From contig NZ_LN831039.1 of NCBI RefSeq assembly GCF_001457595.1, positions 4,620,001 to 4,652,000 of the forward strand: DNA of 32,000 nt, in the 5' to 3' direction. The stretch comes from Mycolicibacterium smegmatis (GTDB lineage Bacteria; Actinomycetota; Actinomycetes; Mycobacteriales; Mycobacteriaceae). The notes under the pieces are model-generated. The model did not search any database. It was not told the origin of the DNA and worked only from the letters and a program-made list of their open reading frames with translations. Each line of letters opens with the position of its first letter. Position 1 is the first letter of the stretch. This document shows positions 1 through 8,352 of this stretch, piece after piece. A program made the translations under genes and the position numbers.

Positions 1-452
1 CCGACGCCCCATTTGGTGTGCTGCAGGTGCAGGTCCACCGGGCTGGCCGGGCCGTACAGGGCCAGCATCACGAGGCTGGCCACGATGGTCGGAAGCGCGA
101 ACGGCAGATCGATCACCGAGTCGACGATGCGCTTGCCGGGGAACTCGTCACGGGTCAGCACCCACGCGACCAGCAGGCCGAACACCGCGTTCACGACCGT
201 CACGCCCGCGGAGATCGTCAGCGTGACCTGGAAGCTGTCGACCGCCGCGTTGGAGGTCACGGCGCGCCAGAACGCGTCCCAGCCACCACCGGCGGCCTGC
301 CAAAGGATCGCGGCCAGCGGCAGCAGCACGATCACGCTCAACCAGATCGACGCCGCGCCCACGCGCAGCGAGGTACTGCCGTAGCGTCCACGGGCCGCGC
401 GGGGAGCGGGTGCTCCCGGCGCGGCCGTCGACGCCTCGGCGGGTGCGGTCAT
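1..452 (-). CDS. cysT: Sulfate ABC transporter permease CysT (3' part outside window)
   Basis: Minus-strand reading from ATG at 452 gives MTAPAEASTAAPGAPAPRAARGRYGSTSLRVGAASIWLSVIVLLPLAAILWQ...DLPFALPTIVASLVMLALYGPASP, typical CysT/CysU permease; start overlaps the subI stop. Confidence 0.93.
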   Translation of the reverse strand, partial: MTAPAEASTAAPGAPAPRAARGRYGSTSLRVGAASIWLSVIVLLPLAAILWQAAGGGWDAFWRAVTSNAAVDSFQVTLTISAGVTVVNAVFGLLVAWVLTRDEFPGKRIVDSVIDLPFALPTIVASLVMLALYGPASPVDLHLQHTKWGV

Positions 453-1498
453 CCAGTGGCCTGCTTGTAGATCTTGGTGATGGTGCCGTTGTCCTTGTCG
501 AACAGCGACGGATCGACGGCGTCCCAGCCACCGAGGTCGTCGACCGTCCACAGCTTCTCCGGCGCCGGGAAGTCCGCGGCGAACTCGGCGGCGACCGCGG
601 GGTCGACGGGCCGGAAGCCGGCCTCGGCCCAGATCTTCTGGCCCTCGGGGGTGAACACGAAGTTCTTCAGCGCGTTGGCCGCCTCCGAGTGCGACGTGGT
701 GTTGACGACCGCGACCGGATTCTCGATCTTGAAGGTCTGCGGCGGGTTGACGTGCTCGACGGGCTTGCCCTGCCGCTCGACGTAGATCGCCTCGTTCTCG
801 TAGCTGATCAGCACGTCGCCCGTGCCCTGCAGGAACACGTCGGTGGCTTCACGGCCCGAGCCCGGGCGGGTCTTGACGTGCTCGGTGACCAGCTTGTTGA
901 CGAAGTCGATGCCCGCCTCGGGGTCCTGACCGCCGTTGCTCTTCGCGGCGTACGGCGCCAGCAGGTTCCACTTGGCCGAACCCGAGCTCAGCGGACTCGG
1001 GGTGACCACCTCGAGCCCCGGCTGCAACAGATCGTCCCAGTCCTTGATGCCCTTGGGGTTGCCCTGGCGCACGACGAGCGAAACCACCGAACCGAACGGG
1101 ATGCCCTTGGTGGCGCCGGCATTCCAGTCCTCGGCGACCTTGCCGGCCTTGACCAGACGGGTGATGTCGGGTTCGACCGAGAAGTTGACGATGTCGGCGG
1201 GCTTGCCGTCGACGACGGCGCGCGACTGGTCACCGGAGGCACCGAAGGACGTGCGCACCGCGACACCCTTGCCCTCATCGGTGGCGGTGAACGCGGGGAT
1301 GATCTTGCTCCAACCCGGCTCCGGCACGGCGTAGGCGACCAGCGTCAGCGTGGTCTCGGCGTTCGCGTCGGCACCGCCGTCGTCGCCTGCGACGTCACTC
1401 GCGCCGCCGCCGCAGCCGACGGCGAGGATGCCGGTGGCGGCGAGTGCTGTGGCGGTGCGCCAGAACTTGAACTTGGTGAGCTTCTCGGTGGTGGGCAC
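449..1498 (-). CDS. subI: Sulfate-binding lipoprotein SubI/CysP
   Basis: 349 aa; lipobox ILAVGC; LTLVAYAVPEPGWSKIIPAF, sulfate-binding family; GTG start with GAAGGAAAGG Shine-Dalgarno upstream; 4-bp overlap with cysT. Confidence 0.93.
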   Translation of the reverse strand: MPTTEKLTKFKFWRTATALAATGILAVGCGGGASDVAGDDGGADANAETTLTLVAYAVPEPGWSKIIPAFTATDEGKGVAVRTSFGASGDQSRAVVDGKPADIVNFSVEPDITRLVKAGKVAEDWNAGATKGIPFGSVVSLVVRQGNPKGIKDWDDLLQPGLEVVTPSPLSSGSAKWNLLAPYAAKSNGGQDPEAGIDFVNKLVTEHVKTRPGSGREATDVFLQGTGDVLISYENEAIYVERQGKPVEHVNPPQTFKIENPVAVVNTTSHSEAANALKNFVFTPEGQKIWAEAGFRPVDPAVAAEFAADFPAPEKLWTVDDLGGWDAVDPSLFDKDNGTITKIYKQATG

Positions 1499-1615
1499 TG
1501 ATGACCTTTCCTTCGGGGCTGGGGACAGAGTTGAACCGTCACAGCGGAAGGCAATGGATCAGTTTGTCGGCAAATGATCAGCCACGACTGACCCCGAACC
1601 GCGGACGGTTGGGAA

Positions 1616-1705
1616 TCAGCGACAACAGTGCGCGTCAGCGACGACGCAGAAGCCGGCAGCAGGAAGCACCACGACGTGGCTCCCCATCGCACCGGCGGAA
1701 TGCAT
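1616..1705 (-). CDS. Short Cys-containing leader ORF upstream of subI (29 aa: MHSAGAMGSHVVVLPAAGFCVVADAHCCR)
   Basis: Own translation of minus strand; tandem TGT TGT codons next to the stop; TATTCT (TANNNT) -10-like box 13 to 8 nt upstream of the ATG, consistent with a leaderless transcript; sits directly upstream of sulfate transport genes. Confidence 0.7.
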   Translation of the reverse strand: MHSAGAMGSHVVVLPAAGFCVVADAHCCR

Positions 1706-1754
1706 GGCGCGAAGAATAACAGAGACGACGGTGAACGCCGCGCCGAGAGGGGTC

Positions 1755-1841
1755 TCAGCGCGTGAGAAACCACATGACGATGACCAGCAAAACCAGGATG
1801 ACCAGCACCAACGTCACCCGCGAGCGCGGCATGCCGGTCAT
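1755..1841 (-). CDS. 28-aa single-TM microprotein (MTGMPRSRVTLVLVILVLLVIVMWFLTR)
   Basis: ATGA start/stop overlap with the upstream small ORF; one hydrophobic helix with positive N-terminus. Confidence 0.5.
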   Translation of the reverse strand: MTGMPRSRVTLVLVILVLLVIVMWFLTR

Positions 1842-2041
1842 TCCGATCCCGCTTCCGCCGAATCGGCGCGGCGCAGCCTGCGCACGGCGTGAACGGCCTG
1901 CGCCAGCGCGCCGTCGAGCACCACGGCGATGCCGTACGCCAACGCCAGAACCACCGGCATCACGACCGCGGTCTGCGCCAAGAAGGGCAGTCCCGTCAGC
2001 CACAGCTCAACGCCGTCCCACCAATTCAGGAGCGCGCCCAT
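1838..2041 (-). CDS. Small conserved membrane protein (67 aa)
   Basis: MGALLNWWDGVELWLTGLPFLAQTAVVMPVVLALAYGIAVVLDGALAQAVHAVRRLRRADSAEAGSE; C-terminal part of the 1838..2683 minus ORF. Confidence 0.6.
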   Translation of the reverse strand: MGALLNWWDGVELWLTGLPFLAQTAVVMPVVLALAYGIAVVLDGALAQAVHAVRRLRRADSAEAGSE

Positions 2042-2146
2042 GACGCAAGCGTATGCGATGGCAAAACCTGTCCCGTCCCGCCAGTAACTTTCGACACGTC
2101 CATTCCGGGTAGACGCGGCGCATATCCGCAGTCGATGATGTGCTGC

Positions 2147-4153
2147 ATGGTTCTGCAACAGACCGAGCCCACCGACGGTGCGGACAGGAAGGCGAGCGAC
2201 GGCCCGCTCACCGTGACCGCGCCGGTGCCTTACGCCGCGGGCCCGACGCTGCGGAACCCGTTCCCGCCGATCGCCGACTACGGCTTTCTCTCCGACTGCG
2301 AGACCACGTGCCTGATCAGCTCGGCCGGGTCGGTCGAGTGGCTGTGCGTGCCACGGCCCGACTCCCCCAGCGTCTTCGGTGCCATCCTGGATCGCGGCGC
2401 GGGCCATTTCCGGCTCGGCCCGTACGGCGTGAGCGTGCCCGCTGCCCGGCGGTACCTGCCCGGCAGCCTCATCCTCGAGACCACGTGGCAGACGCACACC
2501 GGATGGCTGATCGTGCGCGACGCGTTGGTCATGGGGCCGTGGCACGACATCGACACCCGGTCGCGGACCCATCGCCGCACCCCCATGGACTGGGACGCCG
2601 AGCACATCCTGTTGCGCACCGTGCGGTGCGTGAGCGGAACCGTCGAACTGGTCATGAGCTGCGAACCGGCGTTCGACTACCACCGCGTCAGCGCGACGTG
2701 GGAGTACTCGGGCCCGGCGTACGGCGAGGCGATCGCGCGCGCGAGCCGCAATCCCGACTCACACCCGACGCTGCGTCTCACCACGAACCTGCGCATCGGC
2801 ATCGAGGGCCGCGAGGCCAGGGCCCGCACGCGCCTCACCGAGGGCGACAACGTGTTCGTCGCCCTGAGCTGGTCCAAGCATCCGGCACCTCAGACCTATG
2901 AAGAGGCCGCCGACAAGATGTGGAAGACCAGCGAGGCCTGGCGCCAGTGGATCAACGTTGGGGATTTCCCCGACCACCCGTGGCGGGCCTACCTGCAGCG
3001 CAGCGCGCTGACGCTCAAGGGGCTGACCTACTCCCCGACCGGCGCGCTGCTCGCTGCGCCGACCACGTCGCTGCCGGAAACCCCGCAGGGCGAACGGAAC
3101 TGGGATTACCGCTACTCGTGGATCCGGGACTCCACGTTCGCGTTGTGGGGCCTGTACACCCTCGGGCTGGACCGCGAGGCCGACGACTTCTTCTCGTTCA
3201 TCGCCGACGTGTCCGGCGCCAACAACGGCGAACGGCATCCGTTGCAGGTGATGTACGGCGTCGGCGGGGAACGCAGCCTCGTCGAGGAAGAGCTGCACCA
3301 CCTGTCGGGTTACGACAACTCGCGTCCCGTGCGCATCGGCAACGGTGCGTACAACCAACGCCAGCACGACATCTGGGGCACGATGCTGGACTCGGTGTAT
3401 CTGCACGCCAAGTCTCGCGAGCAGATTCCCGACGCGCTGTGGCCCGTGCTCAAGAATCAGGTCGAGGAGGCCATCAAGCACTGGAAGGAACCCGACCGCG
3501 GCATCTGGGAGGTGCGCGGCGAACCGCAGCACTTCACCTCCAGCAAGATCATGTGCTGGGTCGCGCTGGACCGCGGCTCCAAGCTCGCCGAGTTGCAGGG
3601 TGAGAAGAGCTACGCGCAGCAGTGGCGTGCGATCGCCGAGGAGATCAAGGCCGACGTGCTGGCCAGAGGCGTCGACAAGCGCGGCGTGCTGACCCAGCGC
3701 TACGGCGACGACGCGCTCGACGCCTCACTGCTGCTCGCGGTCCTCACCCGGTTCCTGCCCGCCGACGATCCGCGCATCCGCGCCACGGTGCTGGCCATCG
3801 CCGACGAACTCACCGAGGACGGTCTGGTGCTGCGCTACCGCGTCGAGGAGACCGACGACGGGCTCGCAGGCGAGGAGGGCACGTTCACGATCTGCTCGTT
3901 CTGGCTCGTGTCGGCGCTCGTGGAGATCGGCGAGATCAGCCGTGCCAAGCACCTGTGCGAGCGGTTGCTGTCGTTCGCGAGCCCGCTGCACCTGTACGCC
4001 GAGGAGATCGAGCCGAGGACCGGTAGGCATCTGGGCAACTTCCCGCAGGCCTTCACCCACCTGGCGTTGATCAATGCCGTCGTGCACGTCATCCGCGCCG
4101 AAGAGGAGGCCGACAGCTCGGGTGTGTTCGTCCCCGCGAACGCCCCGATGTGA
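2147..4153 (+). CDS. Glycoside hydrolase family 15 protein, mycobacterial-type trehalase (668 aa)
   Basis: PIADYGFLSDCETTCLISSAGSVEWLCVPRPDSPSVFGAILDRGAGHFRL, GERNWDYRYSWIRDSTFALWGLYTLG; GH15 signature; syntenic with the subI locus as in other mycobacteria. Confidence 0.9.
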   Translation: MVLQQTEPTDGADRKASDGPLTVTAPVPYAAGPTLRNPFPPIADYGFLSDCETTCLISSAGSVEWLCVPRPDSPSVFGAILDRGAGHFRLGPYGVSVPAARRYLPGSLILETTWQTHTGWLIVRDALVMGPWHDIDTRSRTHRRTPMDWDAEHILLRTVRCVSGTVELVMSCEPAFDYHRVSATWEYSGPAYGEAIARASRNPDSHPTLRLTTNLRIGIEGREARARTRLTEGDNVFVALSWSKHPAPQTYEEAADKMWKTSEAWRQWINVGDFPDHPWRAYLQRSALTLKGLTYSPTGALLAAPTTSLPETPQGERNWDYRYSWIRDSTFALWGLYTLGLDREADDFFSFIADVSGANNGERHPLQVMYGVGGERSLVEEELHHLSGYDNSRPVRIGNGAYNQRQHDIWGTMLDSVYLHAKSREQIPDALWPVLKNQVEEAIKHWKEPDRGIWEVRGEPQHFTSSKIMCWVALDRGSKLAELQGEKSYAQQWRAIAEEIKADVLARGVDKRGVLTQRYGDDALDASLLLAVLTRFLPADDPRIRATVLAIADELTEDGLVLRYRVEETDDGLAGEEGTFTICSFWLVSALVEIGEISRAKHLCERLLSFASPLHLYAEEIEPRTGRHLGNFPQAFTHLALINAVVHVIRAEEEADSSGVFVPANAPM

Positions 4154-4156
4154 CGC

Positions 4157-5434
4157 TCAGGCCGTGCGTCGTGCCTGCGCGCGCTCCCAGGTGACGTCGA
4201 ACCGCACCTCGTGCTGGGCGGGTACCGCGAGCACGACCGGGGTGAGGCTGCTGTTGGCCGCGTCGTGTGCGACGCCGGTGAGCACGCGGCCCCCGAATCC
4301 GTCGGTGCCTGCGGGTACGTGCACGGTGAGCGCCACGATGCCGGATCCGGTATCGGTGCGCAGGTAGAACTCGTCGTCTGGCGCCACCGGGCCCTCCATC
4401 GCAAAACCGTTGCGGTCCACCACATCTGCGTGATCCACCGTGATCGCGGCACGATCGGTTGCCTGCAATGTGAACGGCCCCACCAGATCGCCGTCGACGG
4501 CGGCCCGCTCGGCGATGACGGCCACCGGCACCGTGGCGCGCCGGGCCGCGTTCGCCCCCGCGACCAGATAGTTGTACAGATGTACCACCCGCTCGGGGTT
4601 CGCGAACGCCGCCGCACCGTTGAGCCAGAACGTGACATCACCGAGGTCCACCGTGGCGCCGCGGTCGGCCACGACGACCAACCGGTAGAAGCGGTAGCCG
4701 CGGCCGGTGCGGCCCGGCCGGGCCGACGACACCGTGGTGCCGACGCCGAGCGCGCGGCGGTGCCGTCCGCGTCCGGCCTCGAGGTTCAGCCCCGATGCCG
4801 CGACGTCCTCCCACTGCCGGCCGTCGGATGACTTCTGCAGCAGCAGCGACACCGCGGAATCGGACTCCAGTTCCACTGTGTAGCCGCCCAATTGGGGTTC
4901 GCCGTCGAACTCGAACACCAACCCGTCGGCAGTCCTGCGCCTCGCGACCGGCACGTTACGGGGGCGGTTGTCGAGTTCGAGTCCGTTGGTGAAGAACCAG
5001 ATGGCGGCCTGTGTCGCGGCGATGGCCTCGTGCTCGGCGAGATTTCCCGCGCCGAGTCCGATGCCTGCGGCGCGCACCCGCCGGCTCAACTCGACGGTGC
5101 CCAGCACGGGGTACGAGTTGCGCACGATCCAGTCGATCTCGGCCTCGAACGCGCGGGCCCGCAGGTTCGGCACCGCCGACCAGGCGCCCGCGCGGTAGCG
5201 CGACGGACGGGTCGGCGCGTGACCGGTGAAGTCCAGCGAGTACGCCTCGATGTTCGGGTTGAGGCGGATCAGGTCGGTTCTGGCGGTGGCACCGTCGGCG
5301 AACACGATCTTCTCGACGGTGTGCGAGTAGGTGCCGCCGCGATAGCGCGTCATGGGCGGAAGCTCGGCGAGACGCACGAGCGGACGCGGCCGGACGGATA
5401 CGGCAGAAGAGTGCAGAACAGACAGGGCAGACAT
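4157..5434 (-). CDS. TQXA/thioester-fold domain protein lacking cysteine
   Basis: TQXA motif in AATQAAIWFFTNGLELD; NPNIEAYSLDF where thioester domains normally carry YCI-type Cys; no Cys in the translation; exact start uncertain (5434 or internal Met around 5353). Confidence 0.7.
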   Translation of the reverse strand: MSALSVLHSSAVSVRPRPLVRLAELPPMTRYRGGTYSHTVEKIVFADGATARTDLIRLNPNIEAYSLDFTGHAPTRPSRYRAGAWSAVPNLRARAFEAEIDWIVRNSYPVLGTVELSRRVRAAGIGLGAGNLAEHEAIAATQAAIWFFTNGLELDNRPRNVPVARRRTADGLVFEFDGEPQLGGYTVELESDSAVSLLLQKSSDGRQWEDVAASGLNLEAGRGRHRRALGVGTTVSSARPGRTGRGYRFYRLVVVADRGATVDLGDVTFWLNGAAAFANPERVVHLYNYLVAGANAARRATVPVAVIAERAAVDGDLVGPFTLQATDRAAITVDHADVVDRNGFAMEGPVAPDDEFYLRTDTGSGIVALTVHVPAGTDGFGGRVLTGVAHDAANSSLTPVVLAVPAQHEVRFDVTWERAQARRTA

Positions 5435-5522
5435 GGGTGTTGACTTTCTGAAAGACCGGAAACGCGCAGGTCAACGCACCGCAAAGAAGGCGGGCGGACA
5501 ACGCAGGGAAAGCGTCAGAAAA

Positions 5523-5588
5523 TCAACAACAACAACGCACGTCGAGGCAGCGCGCGATACCGAAGCGCAGCGAAGCGACGTGTTGCAT
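5523..5588 (-). CDS. Polycysteine leader short ORF (21 aa: MQHVASLRFGIARCLDVRCCC)
   Basis: Seen in the C-terminus of the 5523..5738 minus ORF; TGT TGT TGT TGA end; TATGGT -10-like box 13 to 8 nt upstream of ATG; 88 nt upstream of the 4157..5434 gene on the same strand. Confidence 0.78.
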   Translation of the reverse strand: MQHVASLRFGIARCLDVRCCC

Positions 5589-5595
5589 GCGGCCC

Positions 5596-5601
5596 ACCAT
5601 A
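5596..5601 (-). promoter_or_regulatory. Putative -10 element (TATGGT) of the leaderless polycysteine ORF transcript
   Basis: Minus-strand TANNNT hexamer at mycobacterial spacing from an ATG that would be the transcript 5' end. Confidence 0.45.
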
Positions 5602-5762
5602 GGGCAAGTCCGCCGGATCGGCCAGTCCCGGCCCTGATCACCGTCCGGGATCCGGTCAACATCACACATTGAAATCTGTCCGCGCACTAACGCTGTCCTA
5701 GGGCCGCGGCCGCCGTATTGTTTGCCACACGACCGCACTTCGACACCCGCCGGAGGAGCATC

Positions 5763-6686
5763 ATGACGTCCGCCCAGAACGAATCACAGGCCCTCGGCGA
5801 TCTCGCCGCACGGCAACTCGCGAACGCGACCAAGACAGTTCCCCAGCTGTCGACGATCACGCCACGATTCCTCTTGCACCTCCTCAGCTGGGTTCCTGTG
5901 GAGGCCGGCATCTACCGGGTGAACCGCGTGGTCAACCCCGACCGGGTGGCGATCCACTCCGAGGCGGGCGCGGGTACCGAGGAACCGCTGCCCGAGACCT
6001 ACGTCGACTACGAGACCCATCCGCGCGAGTACACGTTGCGGTCCATCTCGACGCTGCTCGACGTGCACACCCGGGTCTCGGACCTGTACTCCAGCCCGCA
6101 CGACCAGGTCACACAGCAGTTGCGGCTGACCATCGAGACCATCAAAGAGCGCCAGGAGTACGAACTGGTCAACAACCCCGAATACGGGTTGCTGGCGCAG
6201 GCGACGCCCGAGCAGACCATCCAGACCCTGGCCGGTGCTCCGACCCCCGACGATCTCGACGCGCTGATCACCAAGGTGTGGAAGACACCCGCGTTCTTCC
6301 TGACCCATCCGCTGGGCGTGGCCGCTTTCGGCCGGGAGTGCACCTACCGCGGCGTGCCGCCGCCAACCGTCAGCATGTACGGCGCCCAGTTCATCACGTG
6401 GCGCGGCATCCCGATCGTGCCGAGCGACAAGGTGCCCGTCGAGGACGGCAAGACCAAGTTCGTCCTCGTGCGCACCGGTGAGGAGCGCCAAGGCGTGGTC
6501 GGCCTGTTCCAGCCGGGACTGGTCGGTGAGCAGGCGCCGGGTCTGTCCGTGCGTTTCACCGGCATCAACCGTTCGGCGATCGCGTCGTACCTGGTGACGC
6601 TCTACACGTCGCTCGCGGTGCTCACCGACGACGCACTCGCCGTCCTCGACGGCGTCGCCGTGGACCAGTTCCATGAGTACCAGTGA
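5763..6686 (+). CDS. Family 2A encapsulin shell protein (major membrane protein I / MMP-I type, 307 aa)
   Basis: LAARQLANATKTVPQLSTITPRFLLHLLSWVPVEAGIYRVNRVVNP; SRPBCC-free HK97-like shell; GGAGGA SD 5 nt upstream; overlaps the downstream cysteine desulfurase. Confidence 0.9.
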   Translation: MTSAQNESQALGDLAARQLANATKTVPQLSTITPRFLLHLLSWVPVEAGIYRVNRVVNPDRVAIHSEAGAGTEEPLPETYVDYETHPREYTLRSISTLLDVHTRVSDLYSSPHDQVTQQLRLTIETIKERQEYELVNNPEYGLLAQATPEQTIQTLAGAPTPDDLDALITKVWKTPAFFLTHPLGVAAFGRECTYRGVPPPTVSMYGAQFITWRGIPIVPSDKVPVEDGKTKFVLVRTGEERQGVVGLFQPGLVGEQAPGLSVRFTGINRSAIASYLVTLYTSLAVLTDDALAVLDGVAVDQFHEYQ

Positions 6687-8352
6687 GTACCGCTCGTTGA
6701 ATGCCGAGAGCGATCTGCCGATAAGCGCCGACGAACTCTCGGCGCTGGCCACGCAGTTGTTCGCCGCCGGCATCCGGCCGGGTCCCGGCACACCGCCTCA
6801 GACCGCTCCGGTCGCACCACGCGGCAACGTGCCGGGTACCGCGCATCCGGTGACCCCGCCGACGGAATTCGTGGCCGTGCCGTCGGCCACGAGGTCGGTG
6901 CCGGCGCACACTTCACCGGTCCCGGAACCTGTTGCACCACAGACCGATCCCCTGGTCCCGCCGGGAGTGGCGGATCTGACGGCGTTCACGGTGCCCGGCG
7001 GTATCGTCCCGACACTTCCCGGTGTGCTGGCCGGCGCACGCACGGCCGTGCCTGCCGCCGAGTCGCCCGACTACTACTTCCTGCGCGACACACGCGCGCA
7101 TCAACCCGTGCCTCAGTTTCCCGACCGGCACGAGATCTTCGACGTCAACGCGATCCGCGCGGATTTCCCGATCCTGCGTGAGACCGTCAACGGCAAACCG
7201 CTCATCTGGTTCGACAACGCCGCCACCACACAGAAGCCACAGGCGGTGATCGACCGGCTGTCACACTTCTACGCACACGAGAACTCCAACATCCACCGCG
7301 CCGCACATGAACTCGCGGCCCGCGCCACCGATGCCTACGAGGATGCGCGTGAGGCGGTGCGCCGCTTCATCGGCGCGGCCAAGGCCGAGGAGATCATCTT
7401 CGTGCGCGGCACCACCGAGGCGATCAATCTCGTCGCCTACGCGTGGGGCGGCAAGCACCTGGGCCCGGGCGACGAGATCGTCATCACCCACCTGGAGCAC
7501 CACGCCAACATCGTTCCGTGGCAACTGCTCTCGCAGAAGACCGGTGCGGTGCTCAAGGTCGCACCGGTCGACGACGCCGGCAACCTGTTGCTCGGCGAGT
7601 TCGAGGATCTGCTGGGACCCCGCACCAAACTCGTTGCCGCAACGCAGGTGTCGAACGCGCTGGGCACGGTGACGCCGGTCGAGACGATCGTCGAACTCGG
7701 TCACCGCTACGGCGCACGCGTGCTGATCGACGGGGCGCAGTCCATCCCCCACATGCCGATCGACGTCGCCGGACTCGGCGCGGACTTCTTCGTGTTCTCG
7801 GGCCACAAGATCTACGGCCCCACCGGTATCGGCGTGTTGTACGGCCGCGAGGACGTCCTCGCCGAGACCCCGCCGTGGCAGGGCGGCGGCAACATGATCG
7901 CCGACGTGACACTTGAGCGCTCGTTGTACCAGGGTCCGCCCAGCAAGTTCGAGGCCGGCACGGGCAACATCGCCGACGCCGTGGGCCTCGGTGAGGCGAT
8001 CCGTTACGTCGAACGCGTCGGCATCGAACGCATCGCGGCCTACGAACATGCCCTGCTCGAATACGCCACGCCCCGGCTTGCGGCCGTACCCGGGGTGCGC
8101 ATCGTCGGCACCGCGCAGGAGAAGGCCAGCGTGCTGTCATTCGTGCTGGCCGGTCACGAACCCCTTGAGGTCGGCAAGGCCCTCAACGCCGAGGGGATCG
8201 CCGTGCGCGCGGGACACCACTGTGCGCAACCGATCCTGCGTCGCATGGGCCTCGAGGCCACCGTGCGGCCGTCGTTCGCGTTCTACAACACGTTCGACGA
8301 GATCGACGTGTTCATCGATGCGGTGCGCCGCATCGCCGAGGGTTCGGTTTAG
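6673..8352 (+). CDS. SufS-like type II cysteine desulfurase with long disordered N-terminal encapsulin-loading extension
   Basis: WFDNAATTQKPQAVIDRL, THLEHHANIVPW, FSGHKIYGPTGIGVLYG (PLP Lys), VRAGHHCAQP catalytic Cys; ~165-aa Pro/Ala/Thr-rich N-terminus; 14-bp overlap with encapsulin gene. Confidence 0.93.
   Translation: MSTSEYRSLNAESDLPISADELSALATQLFAAGIRPGPGTPPQTAPVAPRGNVPGTAHPVTPPTEFVAVPSATRSVPAHTSPVPEPVAPQTDPLVPPGVADLTAFTVPGGIVPTLPGVLAGARTAVPAAESPDYYFLRDTRAHQPVPQFPDRHEIFDVNAIRADFPILRETVNGKPLIWFDNAATTQKPQAVIDRLSHFYAHENSNIHRAAHELAARATDAYEDAREAVRRFIGAAKAEEIIFVRGTTEAINLVAYAWGGKHLGPGDEIVITHLEHHANIVPWQLLSQKTGAVLKVAPVDDAGNLLLGEFEDLLGPRTKLVAATQVSNALGTVTPVETIVELGHRYGARVLIDGAQSIPHMPIDVAGLGADFFVFSGHKIYGPTGIGVLYGREDVLAETPPWQGGGNMIADVTLERSLYQGPPSKFEAGTGNIADAVGLGEAIRYVERVGIERIAAYEHALLEYATPRLAAVPGVRIVGTAQEKASVLSFVLAGHEPLEVGKALNAEGIAVRAGHHCAQPILRRMGLEATVRPSFAFYNTFDEIDVFIDAVRRIAEGSV

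Noticed and set aside
410-1501. 363-aa plus-strand ORF opposite subI
   Set aside because: Shadow ORF created by high GC codon bias; R/G/L/V-rich low-complexity translation and the minus-strand frame is a clear sulfate-binding protein.
5523-5537. CAACAACAACAAC as a microsatellite
   Set aside because: Too short for a repeat tract; better explained as the TGT TGT TGT cysteine codons of the minus-strand leader ORF.
5352-5672. 106-aa plus ORF in the intergenic/leader region
   Set aside because: No domain, no SD, and overlaps the start of the minus-strand TQXA gene.
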